55,330 nt of DNA, taken from the IMG/VR virus record IMGVR_UViG_3300003267_000247, positions 1 through 55,330 of that record, one strand, 5' to 3'. Position numbers and translations under genes: made by a program. Below, piece by piece: positions 9,730 to 19,496 of the stretch. The first letter of the stretch is position 1. Each line of letters starts with the position of its first letter. The notes below the pieces were generated by a model. That model saw only the letters and a program-made list of their open reading frames with translations, did not search any database and was not told where the DNA came from. This stretch comes from a virus (taxonomy: Duplodnaviria > Caudoviricetes).

Positions 9730-10976
9730 AATGCTAGTGTACCTTCTTCAAATCTCTGATATGGGCCATTGAAAATAAGTGGAATCTTTCCTGTTGCACC
9801 AAAACGATTTTTAACGCGCGACATTGTAACATTGCGCAAACCGCTACCGAGTGCTTGATCATCATCCAATGTCAGCTCAAACATTACATCAACGATTGAA
9901 CCAACGTCACCACTATTACGTGTACGGAATGTGCCTGAGTTATCTTCTGTTATTTGTGATAAAATAACAATCGTAATATCTTCACGCTTTGCTAATGCTT
10001 TCATGTGTCGTGTAAAATCACCAAGATCACTATTTTTATTACCTGTTGGTGAATAGTTCACAATCTGCAAATGATCGATAAAAACAACTCGCACTCCGTA
10101 CTCACGAACATGTTTCTTGATTTCATAAATCATCTGTCCTAGTGTCAGTGCAGGGTTATCAATAACGTACATTGGTAGTCCTTGAATTTGCACAGCCTTC
10201 TTTTCGATAGTATTGAACTGCGTTGAATCTATTTTTCCACTTTGTAGATATTTTGTATCAATGTTTAGTGTGTTACCAATCCATTTTACCATCAAATCAT
10301 TTTTACCCATTTCAAGACTAAACAGTAGTGATGGTGTAACAACAATCTCACCTGTTGATTCATTCAAGTAGCCGCTTGCCATTGCTAACATAGATTGCGC
10401 AACAAATGTTGTTTTACCGCTGCCTGGTGAAGCAGCAAGGATAACTGATGCTTTTGGTTTCCACTCACCGCCTAGACTCGCGTCAATCGCATTAATACCC
10501 GATCGTGCATAACGGTACAAGCCTTTTTGCTTTTGTACCAAATCGGTAAGTAGCTCACTTGCACCTGGCTTTAACGTACTGTCCTCTTCTGCAAGAATAG
10601 GATCAAATATAAGTAACTGTTGAATCTCTTCGAGTGATGGATTATGTTCTGTTGATACCACGCGCAAACGTTGTGATAGGTTGTGTGCTTGTCGTTTTCT
10701 TGCCATTCGTGCTAGTTCTGCTACAATGGCATTCAGGTTGCCACCTTGTGCTGCAAATAACTGCCCTGGCATACTTCCGTAAAAATGATTAACACCCTCT
10801 GGTGTAACAGTACCATCACGAATAAATGAATCTTGAATCGCATGAAATACAGATACACGCTCTTGTGTGAATAACCCAGGTGCAAGCCTATTAATCCAAT
10901 CTCCGTTTGCAGGCTCTAATAGTAATGCAAGTGCGCGCCATTCTGTTGTAATATCTGCAAAAACTTCAACGTTCAT
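9726..10976 (-). CDS. dnaB: DnaB-like replicative helicase (likely start ATG 10976)
   Basis: ASPGSGKT Walker A, FSLEM, VFIDHLQI, LSQI, KNRFG. Confidence 0.93.
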   Translation of the reverse strand: MNVEVFADITTEWRALALLLEPANGDWINRLAPGLFTQERVSVFHAIQDSFIRDGTVTPEGVNHFYGSMPGQLFAAQGGNLNAIVAELARMARKRQAHNLSQRLRVVSTEHNPSLEEIQQLLIFDPILAEEDSTLKPGASELLTDLVQKQKGLYRYARSGINAIDASLGGEWKPKASVILAASPGSGKTTFVAQSMLAMASGYLNESTGEIVVTPSLLFSLEMGKNDLMVKWIGNTLNIDTKYLQSGKIDSTQFNTIEKKAVQIQGLPMYVIDNPALTLGQMIYEIKKHVREYGVRVVFIDHLQIVNYSPTGNKNSDLGDFTRHMKALAKREDITIVILSQITEDNSGTFRTRNSGDVGSIVDVMFELTLDDDQALGSGLRNVTMSRVKNRFGATGKIPLIFNGPYQRFEEGTLAL

Positions 10977-11854
10977 CGTTGTAGTTCCCTCCATGTTTCA
11001 TATGGTAATGCAGCATCAACAACTGCATTAAAAAGACTTATCCCGTATTTTAAAATAAAACCGTCAATATCTTGTTTTTGATCACCAAGTAACGGTAACG
11101 TTGCAACCAACGGGTTTGTTAACTGTGATGCAACATGCGTAATCGCATTGCGTACTTCTTTGATATGCTCACGTTGACTATCAAACAAGATAATATACGT
11201 GCGATCAAGACGAATACCTTTACGCCATGCGTTAATCCCTGGTAATGCAATCGCAGGATAGTTAAACTGTACGGCGATATCGGCTTTTATTTCACCCTCT
11301 GTTAAGATGATCGGTTGATCAGTATCCGTTAAGTGATGATTATATGGGTAAATAGCGCCACGAAATGTTGATCCATTATAGGGTGACTTATAGATAAGAT
11401 CAGCATTTGGACTCATAGCGCGGGCGCGTATATCTGTTACTGTTGTATGATCACAAAAATATGGAAATGTGATTCTATCCCCTAAAAATGCTGTATGAGC
11501 TTGTGTTGCTAGCCCTGCTTCCTTGGCTATTGCACTGCGGTACATTGGGTTCATACCAGTTGGGCAGTAGCCTATTTGTAATGTATCGATTGTTTGATCA
11601 GTAAACCCACGATCATGTAAAAAGTCACGTCCCTTTGTATCAAGTGAACTGTGATAATAGTACGCCGCTTGCGTATATAATCCACGGATTTCATCTATAT
11701 GTTCACTTGGTGCTGGCGGTTGGTAGTTTACGTTATGATCATGTTCTACGTATTTACAGTTAAAACAATAGCGCATACCATTGTCTTCTGTTACCCAAAA
11801 GTTACCCTTATGACAAACAGGGCACTCTTTTTTATAACCTCTACTATAGGCCAT
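10973..11854 (-). CDS. DNA primase (Zn ribbon + TOPRIM)
   Basis: CPVC..CFNC, FLHDRGF, RITFP, LTEGEIKAD, LFDS, DID motifs; adjacent to the helicase. Confidence 0.9.
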   Translation of the reverse strand: MAYSRGYKKECPVCHKGNFWVTEDNGMRYCFNCKYVEHDHNVNYQPPAPSEHIDEIRGLYTQAAYYYHSSLDTKGRDFLHDRGFTDQTIDTLQIGYCPTGMNPMYRSAIAKEAGLATQAHTAFLGDRITFPYFCDHTTVTDIRARAMSPNADLIYKSPYNGSTFRGAIYPYNHHLTDTDQPIILTEGEIKADIAVQFNYPAIALPGINAWRKGIRLDRTYIILFDSQREHIKEVRNAITHVASQLTNPLVATLPLLGDQKQDIDGFILKYGISLFNAVVDAALPYETWRELQR

Positions 11855-11886
11855 ATTTTACCATTTTTATATTGTACTTGCATAAT

Positions 11887-11920
11887 AAAAAAAGAAAGGG
11901 GATTGGTGTATCCCCTTTCT
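11887..11920 (-). terminator. intrinsic terminator after ssb
   Basis: 11-bp stem AGAAAGGGGAT/ATCCCCTTTCT followed by a U-run on the minus strand. Confidence 0.8.
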
Positions 11921-11945
11921 ATAACTGATCCTTTGGTTAAGTTAT

Positions 11946-12854
11946 TTAGTTATCGAATAACTCTTCCTCCGGCTTTTCTTGTACTTTCAACTCAGGGTAA
12001 AGTGTTAATCCAAATGTTGTTACCACTTCGTTGAAATCAGCACCGTTAATAACTGCAATAACTGCTTCATCAGGCCATGGGCGTAGCCATTGCTCAAGAT
12101 TGTAACGCGGTGCAAATACAAACACATCATCCAGCTTACTAAAGCTAGACAACGCGCGTACGCCGCGACGTACCATCTTATCAATACCCTTGACTGAAAT
12201 CTGCAAATCTACTTCATACGGCTCTCTTGTGTTACCGTCGCCGTCTTCAAGCCCTGCAATAGCATCAACAATGAGCTGAAAAAAGTGTTTTCCGCCTGGA
12301 TCACCCGTTGTTTGCTCCAAAATGCGCACTTGATTCAGCGGCGTTGGTTTACCATCTGGTGTAAACTGAATGATCTTACCTTGTGGGTTCAGTCGATATG
12401 CGCCATTTTCATCAGGATATACTGCTACACCTTCTGCGGTAAAGTAAACAGGTGTACGATCAAGCACATTCAATGCAAACTTCTGTCGCATCGCTGTACG
12501 TGCTTGGCTTCCTTTCTCAGTTGGCTTTGCAACAAGCTCCCAATATGGGTTTGACCAAGGTTTGCGCCAATCGAGAATAATACGACCGCGTTTCTGTTGC
12601 CCTTCTGATGTAACGGGTAGCCAAACCTCCAAAAAACGAGTCTCTGTTGCGGCTTCCATAGGCTTAACAAGATTACCTTCATTGTCAAGCTCTGGCAATA
12701 AACGAATGCGGCGATTACCGCCTTTCGGTTCATTGTCTGTCGCATTACCGCCGTTTACTGGAATCCATTGCCATGTAAACTGCTGCGCTGGTTCACTGTC
12801 TGCTGTTGTCTTGTTGGCTGTTTGAGGCTTTATAAGCGTCTGTCCGAATGCCAT
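11946..12854 (-). CDS. putative single-stranded DNA-binding protein (gp32-like)
   Basis: Upstream of primase, RIRLLP and FALNVLDR segments, acidic C-terminus EEELFDN, own promoter. Confidence 0.65.
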   Translation of the reverse strand: MAFGQTLIKPQTANKTTADSEPAQQFTWQWIPVNGGNATDNEPKGGNRRIRLLPELDNEGNLVKPMEAATETRFLEVWLPVTSEGQQKRGRIILDWRKPWSNPYWELVAKPTEKGSQARTAMRQKFALNVLDRTPVYFTAEGVAVYPDENGAYRLNPQGKIIQFTPDGKPTPLNQVRILEQTTGDPGGKHFFQLIVDAIAGLEDGDGNTREPYEVDLQISVKGIDKMVRRGVRALSSFSKLDDVFVFAPRYNLEQWLRPWPDEAVIAVINGADFNEVVTTFGLTLYPELKVQEKPEEELFDN

Positions 12855-12911
12855 AAAATAGTACTCCTATCATGGTAGGTTTTGTCTTGGCACACTACCA
12901 AGACTGTCGTA

Positions 12912-12940
12912 AGTATACCATGCTTTCCTAGCAGAGTCAA
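12912..12940 (-). promoter_or_regulatory. sigma70-type promoter TTGACT-17-TATACT with extended -10 TG
   Basis: Near-consensus, upstream of the ssb/primase/helicase operon. Confidence 0.7.
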
Positions 12941-13070
12941 GCCCATGCGGTTGGCTTTGCAATGCATAATAATAAAGTATTTACAACTTTTACCCATCAT
13001 GGCCTAACATGGGACAGTTCAGCGCATTATAAAAGCCTCTGTGAAAACGCTTCCTATATTTGTAAGCAAT

Positions 13071-13129
13071 AAAAAGAAGGCTCTCTATAGAGGAATCGCG
13101 CGCATGCGCATGTACCAATATAGAGAGCC
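13071..13129 (-). terminator. putative terminator with large loop
   Basis: GGCTCTCTATA/TATAGAGAGCC 11-bp inverted repeat followed by TTCTTTTT on the minus strand. Confidence 0.6.
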
Positions 13130-13146
13130 ATAGTCCAGTACTCTTT

Positions 13147-13503
13147 TTATGCTGTCAGAGCTGTGGGCGCTTCCTGTGATGTTACAGGGGTATGCGCGCT
13201 AGGGTCTGGATTCTCTGCGGGAGTCACAACGATCACGTCAGGGCTAAACCAATTCACCTTAATCAATACCTGCCCATGTTGATTCGCAAGACTAGTAAGC
13301 ACATCACGTAATAGATCATCCACGTATAAACCAACTTCGTTTGAATCTTTTGTAAAAATCATGCCGAAATCAAATGCAACCACATCTTTTGTTGGCTTTG
13401 CACGTAATACAAGTTCATAACCTTGTTCACTTAGTGCATCGTTTATTTCTTTTATCTGTGCTGTGATATTTACTGTATTATCAGTCTTTTTTCGTCGTGT
13501 CAT
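13147..13503 (-). CDS. hypothetical protein
   Basis: 118-aa ORF with SD, in operon. Confidence 0.7.
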   Translation of the reverse strand: MTRRKKTDNTVNITAQIKEINDALSEQGYELVLRAKPTKDVVAFDFGMIFTKDSNEVGLYVDDLLRDVLTSLANQHGQVLIKVNWFSPDVIVVTPAENPDPSAHTPVTSQEAPTALTA

Positions 13504-13666
13504 ATCCTAGTTCCTTTAAAATATCGCGCATCATGTCATTGAAACCATCAAGAATAATCTTTCTTACTTCTACTGATTGTTGCCCTGCTAACTCAATGAG
13601 TGTTAATGTACGTTTTATATACTTTCCTTTTATGTTTGTTAGTGTTTGCTGAGTATCATTCATCAT
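13481..13666 (-). CDS. hypothetical protein
   Basis: 61-aa ORF overlapping both neighbours. Confidence 0.65.
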   Translation of the reverse strand: MMNDTQQTLTNIKGKYIKRTLTLIELAGQQSVEVRKIILDGFNDMMRDILKELGYDTTKKD

Positions 13667-15704
13667 CTACGCCTTTTGTTTTTAACACATTTTTGAATGT
13701 TGTATTAAACTCTTGTGCAATGTGCTGCCATGTGAATCTTTTTTGTGTTACAAGCTCATATCCTGCTTGCGCTGTACGTTCCCGTAGATCTTTATCTTTG
13801 TACAGTAGCTCTAACGCTTTAACAGTTGATTGTAATGTTGGTACACCTGCTTGTGTATTCACACCTTTTGTACTAAAATATGGAATAGGATCAATATCTG
13901 TATAGATAACTTTACTTTCTGTCCACTCACCAAGTGCGGAGTACTTTGGTACAATCTGTGCAACACGACACGCCATTGATTCCATTGTGGTTAATCCCCA
14001 ACCTTCACCTTGTGTTGTTGATAGCTTCACATCAGCTACACTGTACACAGCTTTCATCATATCAAGTGGAAAACCATGCGCAGGATTAAGATTTCTATGA
14101 CTTAAGATAAGACGATCGTCTATACCTAAGTATTTTGCAAGTTGGGCCAAATCCCACTATACTTGGACTGTCGCTTACACGTATTAAACGTGCCTACTTC
14201 GCTCAGTCTCTACAACTGCATGTTTTTCAATAATAAAAGGCATATCTCTAAATGTATGCGGATACTGTACTTTATATCGCATAGATGGAATAATAAATGA
14301 TTCTATAGCATTTCTAAAGTTATCTTTACTTGTAATATCGCCAACTACAAGATAATAACCTCGTTTATTATACATATGCGAAATAACATCAAACGTTGTA
14401 CGCAACCAATCTTGGATTAGTACAACTTCATCATACGTAAAGTTATTTGTATATAACTCGTATGCTTTTATTTTCTTTGTCTGATATCGTATTACATCAC
14501 CATTGCGTAATGTATTCGCCTGTAATGTAGAAATAGAACCATCGTCCATAAACCAGTATGCTAACGACTCAGCGTCAAGCTGGCGTAGCAATGCTTTGTC
14601 TATAGTTTTTATTCGTTTATTATACAACCACTTATGTGCTAACGTGAAATCTGCATGACTATTCGTAAGTGCAGTATACGTACGATCTGTTTGCAGTTCT
14701 CGTACAGTATAACCGTATTCTCGTAACCGCATTGCTTTATGCTGCACATAATCACGCTGTTTAATACTATGACCTAGTTTAAGGCGCGCATGTTTGCTAC
14801 CTGTGGTTGCAAATCCAAGATATCCATCACCTAGTGTGAAATCTATTATTGTTTTGATTGACATCATAACGTGTCTCCTATCATTATAGCTATCATAACG
14901 TAGCTGTATATACTGCTTGTTGTCTGTCGCTTTACGCTTCCAGCTTAATCAGAAGTAGTTTATCGAGAGCTAGGACTATATTGACTCACCCTCGTCCAAC
15001 AGTGCGCCGTGATAATAGAGCTTTACGCTATCTGGTTTATCTGTCATATGTACCCATTGTGCAAAATAATAGAGCGCAAGATCGATACGTTTACGTATTT
15101 GATTACGATCAACAACTTGTACAATAAACCAGTTTGGATCTAATCCCCCATCCGTTCGTATTGCATTCTTATCAAGTGGATAGAACTGTTGTGTATCTAC
15201 ACCGTGTGCAATAACATTTGTTGGCAATGTTAAACCGGCGCGCGTTAACTCATTAGCACCAAAGTGCGTATAGGCGATAACGTGATGATACTGTTTATTG
15301 ATTTCATCAACAAAGATTGGTTTTACATTCTTTGCGTCAATAGGTGTATATAAAACTTTCTTGCCAGGTGTATTTGTGAACGGGCCGACATACTCGGCAG
15401 CAATCCATGGATCGTTAATCACAAGTACAACATCGGGCTTGATATTATTCAATAGTACAGGTACACGATTGAATCCGTACAAATCCTGCTGTGTTACGCC
15501 TGTTGGTGCCCAAATACGTGCTTTTTGTTGGATTGGATGCGGATCACCGTAATAGTTGATACCGAGTACATCTATATCCCATTCTGTATGTAGATTTTCT
15601 ATTAAGTTGTGTGTTACTGTCGCAAATCCTGTATCGACAGCTGCATCAGCGATAATAAAAAGTTTCTTTTTTGTTGGTACAGCGCGTCCCTTTTGTTTTC
15701 CCAT
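13656..15704 (-). CDS. GT-B (GT4-like) glycosyltransferase, split by a group I intron: exon1 15704..14988, exon2 14156..13656; 405 aa spliced
   Basis: Exon1 has TGFATV, HGVDTQQFYP, RNQIRKRID; exon2 has YSVADV..TTQGEGWGLTTMESMAC; junction reads LLDEG|WDLAQL in frame. Confidence 0.9.
14157..14987 (-). mobile_element. group I intron (831 nt) in the glycosyltransferase gene
   Basis: IGS AGUCCUA-GCUCUC pairs with exons GAGGGU|UGGGAUU (U.G at 5' site); P3 CUACUUC/GAAGUAG; P7 GACUG/CAGUC in GUAGAGACUG..AAGCGACAGUCC; P8 GCACGU/ACGUGU; terminal G. Confidence 0.9.
14184..14867 (-). CDS. intron-encoded LAGLIDADG homing endonuclease
   Basis: IDFTLGDGYL and LAYWFMDDGS motifs; AGGAG SD; 3' end overlaps P7/P3/P8. 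Confidence 0.92.
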   Translation of the reverse strand: MMSIKTIIDFTLGDGYLGFATTGSKHARLKLGHSIKQRDYVQHKAMRLREYGYTVRELQTDRTYTALTNSHADFTLAHKWLYNKRIKTIDKALLRQLDAESLAYWFMDDGSISTLQANTLRNGDVIRYQTKKIKAYELYTNNFTYDEVVLIQDWLRTTFDVISHMYNKRGYYLVVGDITSKDNFRNAIESFIIPSMRYKVQYPHTFRDMPFIIEKHAVVETERSRHV

Positions 15705-15716
15705 AAAATAGTTCCT

Positions 15717-16310
15717 TTATATATTGATTGGTGTTGGCACAGGCGCAAATGCAAGTACACGTGGTTTTGCAATGTTCGCGCGAAAATAATCATTCAAAGC
15801 TTTTAAATCATCATTTACAAGCCCTGATAAACCGCGCTCACTTCCAAGATTAGAATAACGGATATCTTCTGTACTCCAAGAAACAAATCCCGTAAGGCTA
15901 CTGCTTACTTGCACGCGGCGTAGTAAATACGTTGCGGCAAGTACAATAGCCTCTTCATCGATCGTTTCAATGATTGGTGGTGATGGTTGATTAAATGTAA
16001 TAAACGGATTACGAAAAGCAGAGCCGTTTTCTAGCGCATCAGGTATATACCCTGTGCCGTGTGCCGTATTTGCGAGTACAAACCCTGCCGGTACTGTTGA
16101 TGGTTGCGGGTCAACCAGTAAATCAGATCGATATGTCTGATATTTTGATGACCAACGATTCTGTAAAAACGCAACCGCATTTACAAGCGCGGTACGTAGT
16201 GTTGCATCACTATACGTAGATCCCGTAAGATCGCCATAACGGATACGTAGATTAATCATCAGATGATCAAGATTCGTTGGTTCTGTGTAATAGGTAACAA
16301 GTGTTGTCAT
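15717..16310 (-). CDS. putative head-tail adaptor/connector protein
   Basis: LRIRYGD..YSDATL..EAIVLAA..SWSTEDIRYS pattern resembles gp6/gp15-type adaptors. Confidence 0.55.
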   Translation of the reverse strand: MTTLVTYYTEPTNLDHLMINLRIRYGDLTGSTYSDATLRTALVNAVAFLQNRWSSKYQTYRSDLLVDPQPSTVPAGFVLANTAHGTGYIPDALENGSAFRNPFITFNQPSPPIIETIDEEAIVLAATYLLRRVQVSSSLTGFVSWSTEDIRYSNLGSERGLSGLVNDDLKALNDYFRANIAKPRVLAFAPVPTPINI

Positions 16311-16498
16311 TTCTTCGCTTTGGTATCAACGAGCTGCTTAAGTTCATCATCCGTGATACTACTTAGTAGTTGTTGTCTTTCCTGTTGTTCTAGTTGTTGA
16401 ATAACGCTTTGCAACGCAGTTATCATTCTGCGCGCGGTAATGATCGTACCAAAAGGTACTATCACACCGTCTTCAAAAACCATGATTCCATTGTGCAT
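16307..16498 (-). CDS. hypothetical protein
   Basis: 63-aa ORF, AAGGGA SD, upstream TTAACA-18-TATAAT. Confidence 0.65.
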   Translation of the reverse strand: MHNGIMVFEDGVIVPFGTIITARRMITALQSVIQQLEQQERQQLLSSITDDELKQLVDTKAKK

Positions 16499-16556
16499 AT
16501 TTTTTCCCTTTTTATTATACGCCGCTAGTTGTGAAACTGTTAAGCGTTTTTGCTAT

Positions 16557-19496
16557 TTACGCATTTGCTATCGTGGTTACAGTACCACTAGATCCCCTGT
16601 ATTTAAGTGCGCCTGACTCTGTATAGAGAATACCGCCACCTGTAGGGTTAGATGAAGGTGCTGCGGTGCGGTTCAAGATAAAGATAACACCTGTACCACT
16701 ACCGAATGATGCACCATTGATACCAATGTTTTCCCCTTCTGTTATTGTAATGGCATCGCCGCCAGTTGATAATCCAATGCGTAGTTCATCACCGGCACTA
16801 TTCCATTGTACATAACCGAAATCGCCCCCGGCTGTTGAATCTCCAACAATCATACGCGGATCGCCGCCACTTTGTATAATAAACACGTCGCCAGCCGCAG
16901 TAACTAGTCCATCTCCACGAACAGAAAACATATCCGTAGAGCCTTTGATACCTTTAATAAAATATGATCCTGTGCCAATAATGTTTTCAGCATTATCATC
17001 TAACTTCAACAAAACATCGGCACTTGCATTATGTACTGACAAGTGCCAGCCTGTTTTTGAGCCACCAGTAAATACAGCATCAATACCGCCTGCTGGTGGT
17101 GCTGTTGCTGACGTTCCTAAACGCAATGCGTCGGTAAAGATACCTACCTTACTAATAGATGTTGAGTTATACCCGTCAATGTTAAATGCAGCATAACTGA
17201 GTGATGGCGTTGTTTTGTCAGTAACAAGCTGTAGTTGCGATCGTACAAGTGTACCGGCTGTATTATACGTACCAAGATTCATGATGTTAAAACCAACAAG
17301 GTTATCAACACCAAGTTCTGCAATCATTGTTGTGGTTGCTTTCCAATCTAAGTATACGTATCCGGTGTTCACACCAGCGGCAGTAAAGTCAAAATCAATG
17401 CCTGTACTATCTAAAATAACAGCACCGCCTGCCGCCTTAAGTTTACCGTCAGTATCAAGCCTAATTTGCTCTACACCGCCACTATACGTAGTTAATCTAC
17501 CAAGGCCGCCAGTACTATATATTTTTAATCCTGTATACGGTACGTCCGGTGTGCCTGTACCTTGCCAAATATAACCTGTTGGATCGATAACAAGCTGACC
17601 GATGTTTGCAGTGATTGCACCAAGGTTTAAAACAAAGATATGATCTGCTAAAATGTTTCCCGCAGCGATATTTATCGCCTTAATACTTTCTGCTTCAATA
17701 TCGTCACTTTGTACTAACCTACGCGGATAAAACTCTGTTAGGTTGTGTATGTTTCCTCTGTGGCCCATACGTACAAATCGGGCTTCAATGATTGAAGGAA
17801 GATCAAATCTATTGATGTTTGTTGCTAGTACGGCATTTGTTTGCGCATTTGCTTCTGTACCATATTCTGTAAGCGTTGTATTACCGGCTATACTACCAGT
17901 AGATGTTAATGGCCCACTCCACCAACGAAACGTATTATTATCACTACTGGTACCGAAATACAAGCGTGGCATATTTGTTAATGCACCAGATAATGCAACC
18001 GTAATACTACGATAACGATCAAGTAACGGACGTTCGGCCATGTGCCAACGCCATGTAGTACCAGATGGTATGGTAATAACAGATTGTACCAGATTACCGT
18101 CTTTTAGTCCAGTTAAGCTACTCGGATTCGTACCTAAACTATTCGTATATTCTGTTTCAGCACGTAACTGTGCAATCGTTAAACCATCTAGTGATGATGT
18201 ACCTGATAGTGTTGCACTTTTCTGCCCAAACATATCAACAGCATATACTTGTAACTCATATGTGCCGTTAAGCGTAGTAAAGGATATTTCAGGTGTATTA
18301 CTAATCGCACTCTTTACCGTTACACCACCGCTGCGTAATGTCCAGTTATAATAGTTTAGGTCTTTTATTTCTGTTGTTGGTGTTACATAGGCATATAGGC
18401 TACTAAAACCGGCTACCATTGTGAGCGCGAGATTACTTGATTGTGGCGCTACATTCGTTGCGGTACCGCTTAATCCAGGCGATATTTGCCCTAACGGATC
18501 GCGTGCCTGAATAGTCATGGCTAGTACAGGATCACCACTTTGTAATGTTGGACGATGATCACTTACATTTTCACTGAATGTATACGTATACTGTAATAGT
18601 GGCGTTATCTTTTGATTACCGTCGATCGTAAGTACATAATCTGCCGCACCTGATACACCGCTCCATGAAACAACAACGGTTTCATCGTACGTACCATCGT
18701 CACCGCTCCATGTATGTGTTAGTGTTGCAGGTTTTGTTACCGCTGGTTTGGTCACAGTACCGCTGATTGTTGTTACTGCCGGTACGCCTGCAAGAGAATA
18801 AGCAAGTAACTCATACTTTACGCTCGTTAAGAACGTACCACCTGTTACTTGACGGTTCTCATCAACAGTAAAGCGGTATTGTGACGTGCTGCCAGGATTA
18901 CCAACAATCATTACCTCTTTATAAAGTATACTACCTGCTGCATTGTAAATACGTAAGCGTGTTTGAAAGAAGTTACTACTACTTGGATTTGTCCATGAAA
19001 TAATAAGATCGCCAGTTGTCCAGTTTGTTGTTACGCCACTTACAGCAGCAGGTGGTGTTGTATCGTCAATCGTATGTACTGACACCGTTGGGTAGTTACT
19101 TGGATACTCCCATTCACTATACAATCCACGAATCATGGCGCGTACGCGAATCCAGTAATCCGTATTCGTTTTCATTTCCAATGCAGCAGTAGTTTGTGAA
19201 GATGTAACATTTAATACATTTACTGTAAAACCACTATCTTCTGCGTACTGAATCTGATAAAACTCAGGTAATAAGTTAGCAGGTGCGCCATACGATACAT
19301 TTACTGCTACTTTTGGTGTATATGTTGTACGTAGTAGTACCTGTGTACCAACTGTAACAAATGTTGGGCCTGGTGGCTGTACAATGCCAGGTGACGTTAC
19401 TGCACTACTACCAATTTGTAAGAGATCAGCACCGCCAGTAACAATGTTATCATTGCGCTCGTCTATTCTACGAACTGATCTTTCTTTTCTTGCCAT
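16557..19496 (-). CDS. tail fibre / host-specificity protein with fibronectin-III-like domains
   Basis: YWIRVRA..YSEW and DTTPPAAV FN3-like motifs, G/T/S-rich C-terminal fibre region; last gene of tail module. Confidence 0.78.
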   Translation of the reverse strand: MARKERSVRRIDERNDNIVTGGADLLQIGSSAVTSPGIVQPPGPTFVTVGTQVLLRTTYTPKVAVNVSYGAPANLLPEFYQIQYAEDSGFTVNVLNVTSSQTTAALEMKTNTDYWIRVRAMIRGLYSEWEYPSNYPTVSVHTIDDTTPPAAVSGVTTNWTTGDLIISWTNPSSSNFFQTRLRIYNAAGSILYKEVMIVGNPGSTSQYRFTVDENRQVTGGTFLTSVKYELLAYSLAGVPAVTTISGTVTKPAVTKPATLTHTWSGDDGTYDETVVVSWSGVSGAADYVLTIDGNQKITPLLQYTYTFSENVSDHRPTLQSGDPVLAMTIQARDPLGQISPGLSGTATNVAPQSSNLALTMVAGFSSLYAYVTPTTEIKDLNYYNWTLRSGGVTVKSAISNTPEISFTTLNGTYELQVYAVDMFGQKSATLSGTSSLDGLTIAQLRAETEYTNSLGTNPSSLTGLKDGNLVQSVITIPSGTTWRWHMAERPLLDRYRSITVALSGALTNMPRLYFGTSSDNNTFRWWSGPLTSTGSIAGNTTLTEYGTEANAQTNAVLATNINRFDLPSIIEARFVRMGHRGNIHNLTEFYPRRLVQSDDIEAESIKAINIAAGNILADHIFVLNLGAITANIGQLVIDPTGYIWQGTGTPDVPYTGLKIYSTGGLGRLTTYSGGVEQIRLDTDGKLKAAGGAVILDSTGIDFDFTAAGVNTGYVYLDWKATTTMIAELGVDNLVGFNIMNLGTYNTAGTLVRSQLQLVTDKTTPSLSYAAFNIDGYNSTSISKVGIFTDALRLGTSATAPPAGGIDAVFTGGSKTGWHLSVHNASADVLLKLDDNAENIIGTGSYFIKGIKGSTDMFSVRGDGLVTAAGDVFIIQSGGDPRMIVGDSTAGGDFGYVQWNSAGDELRIGLSTGGDAITITEGENIGINGASFGSGTGVIFILNRTAAPSSNPTGGGILYTESGALKYRGSSGTVTTIANA

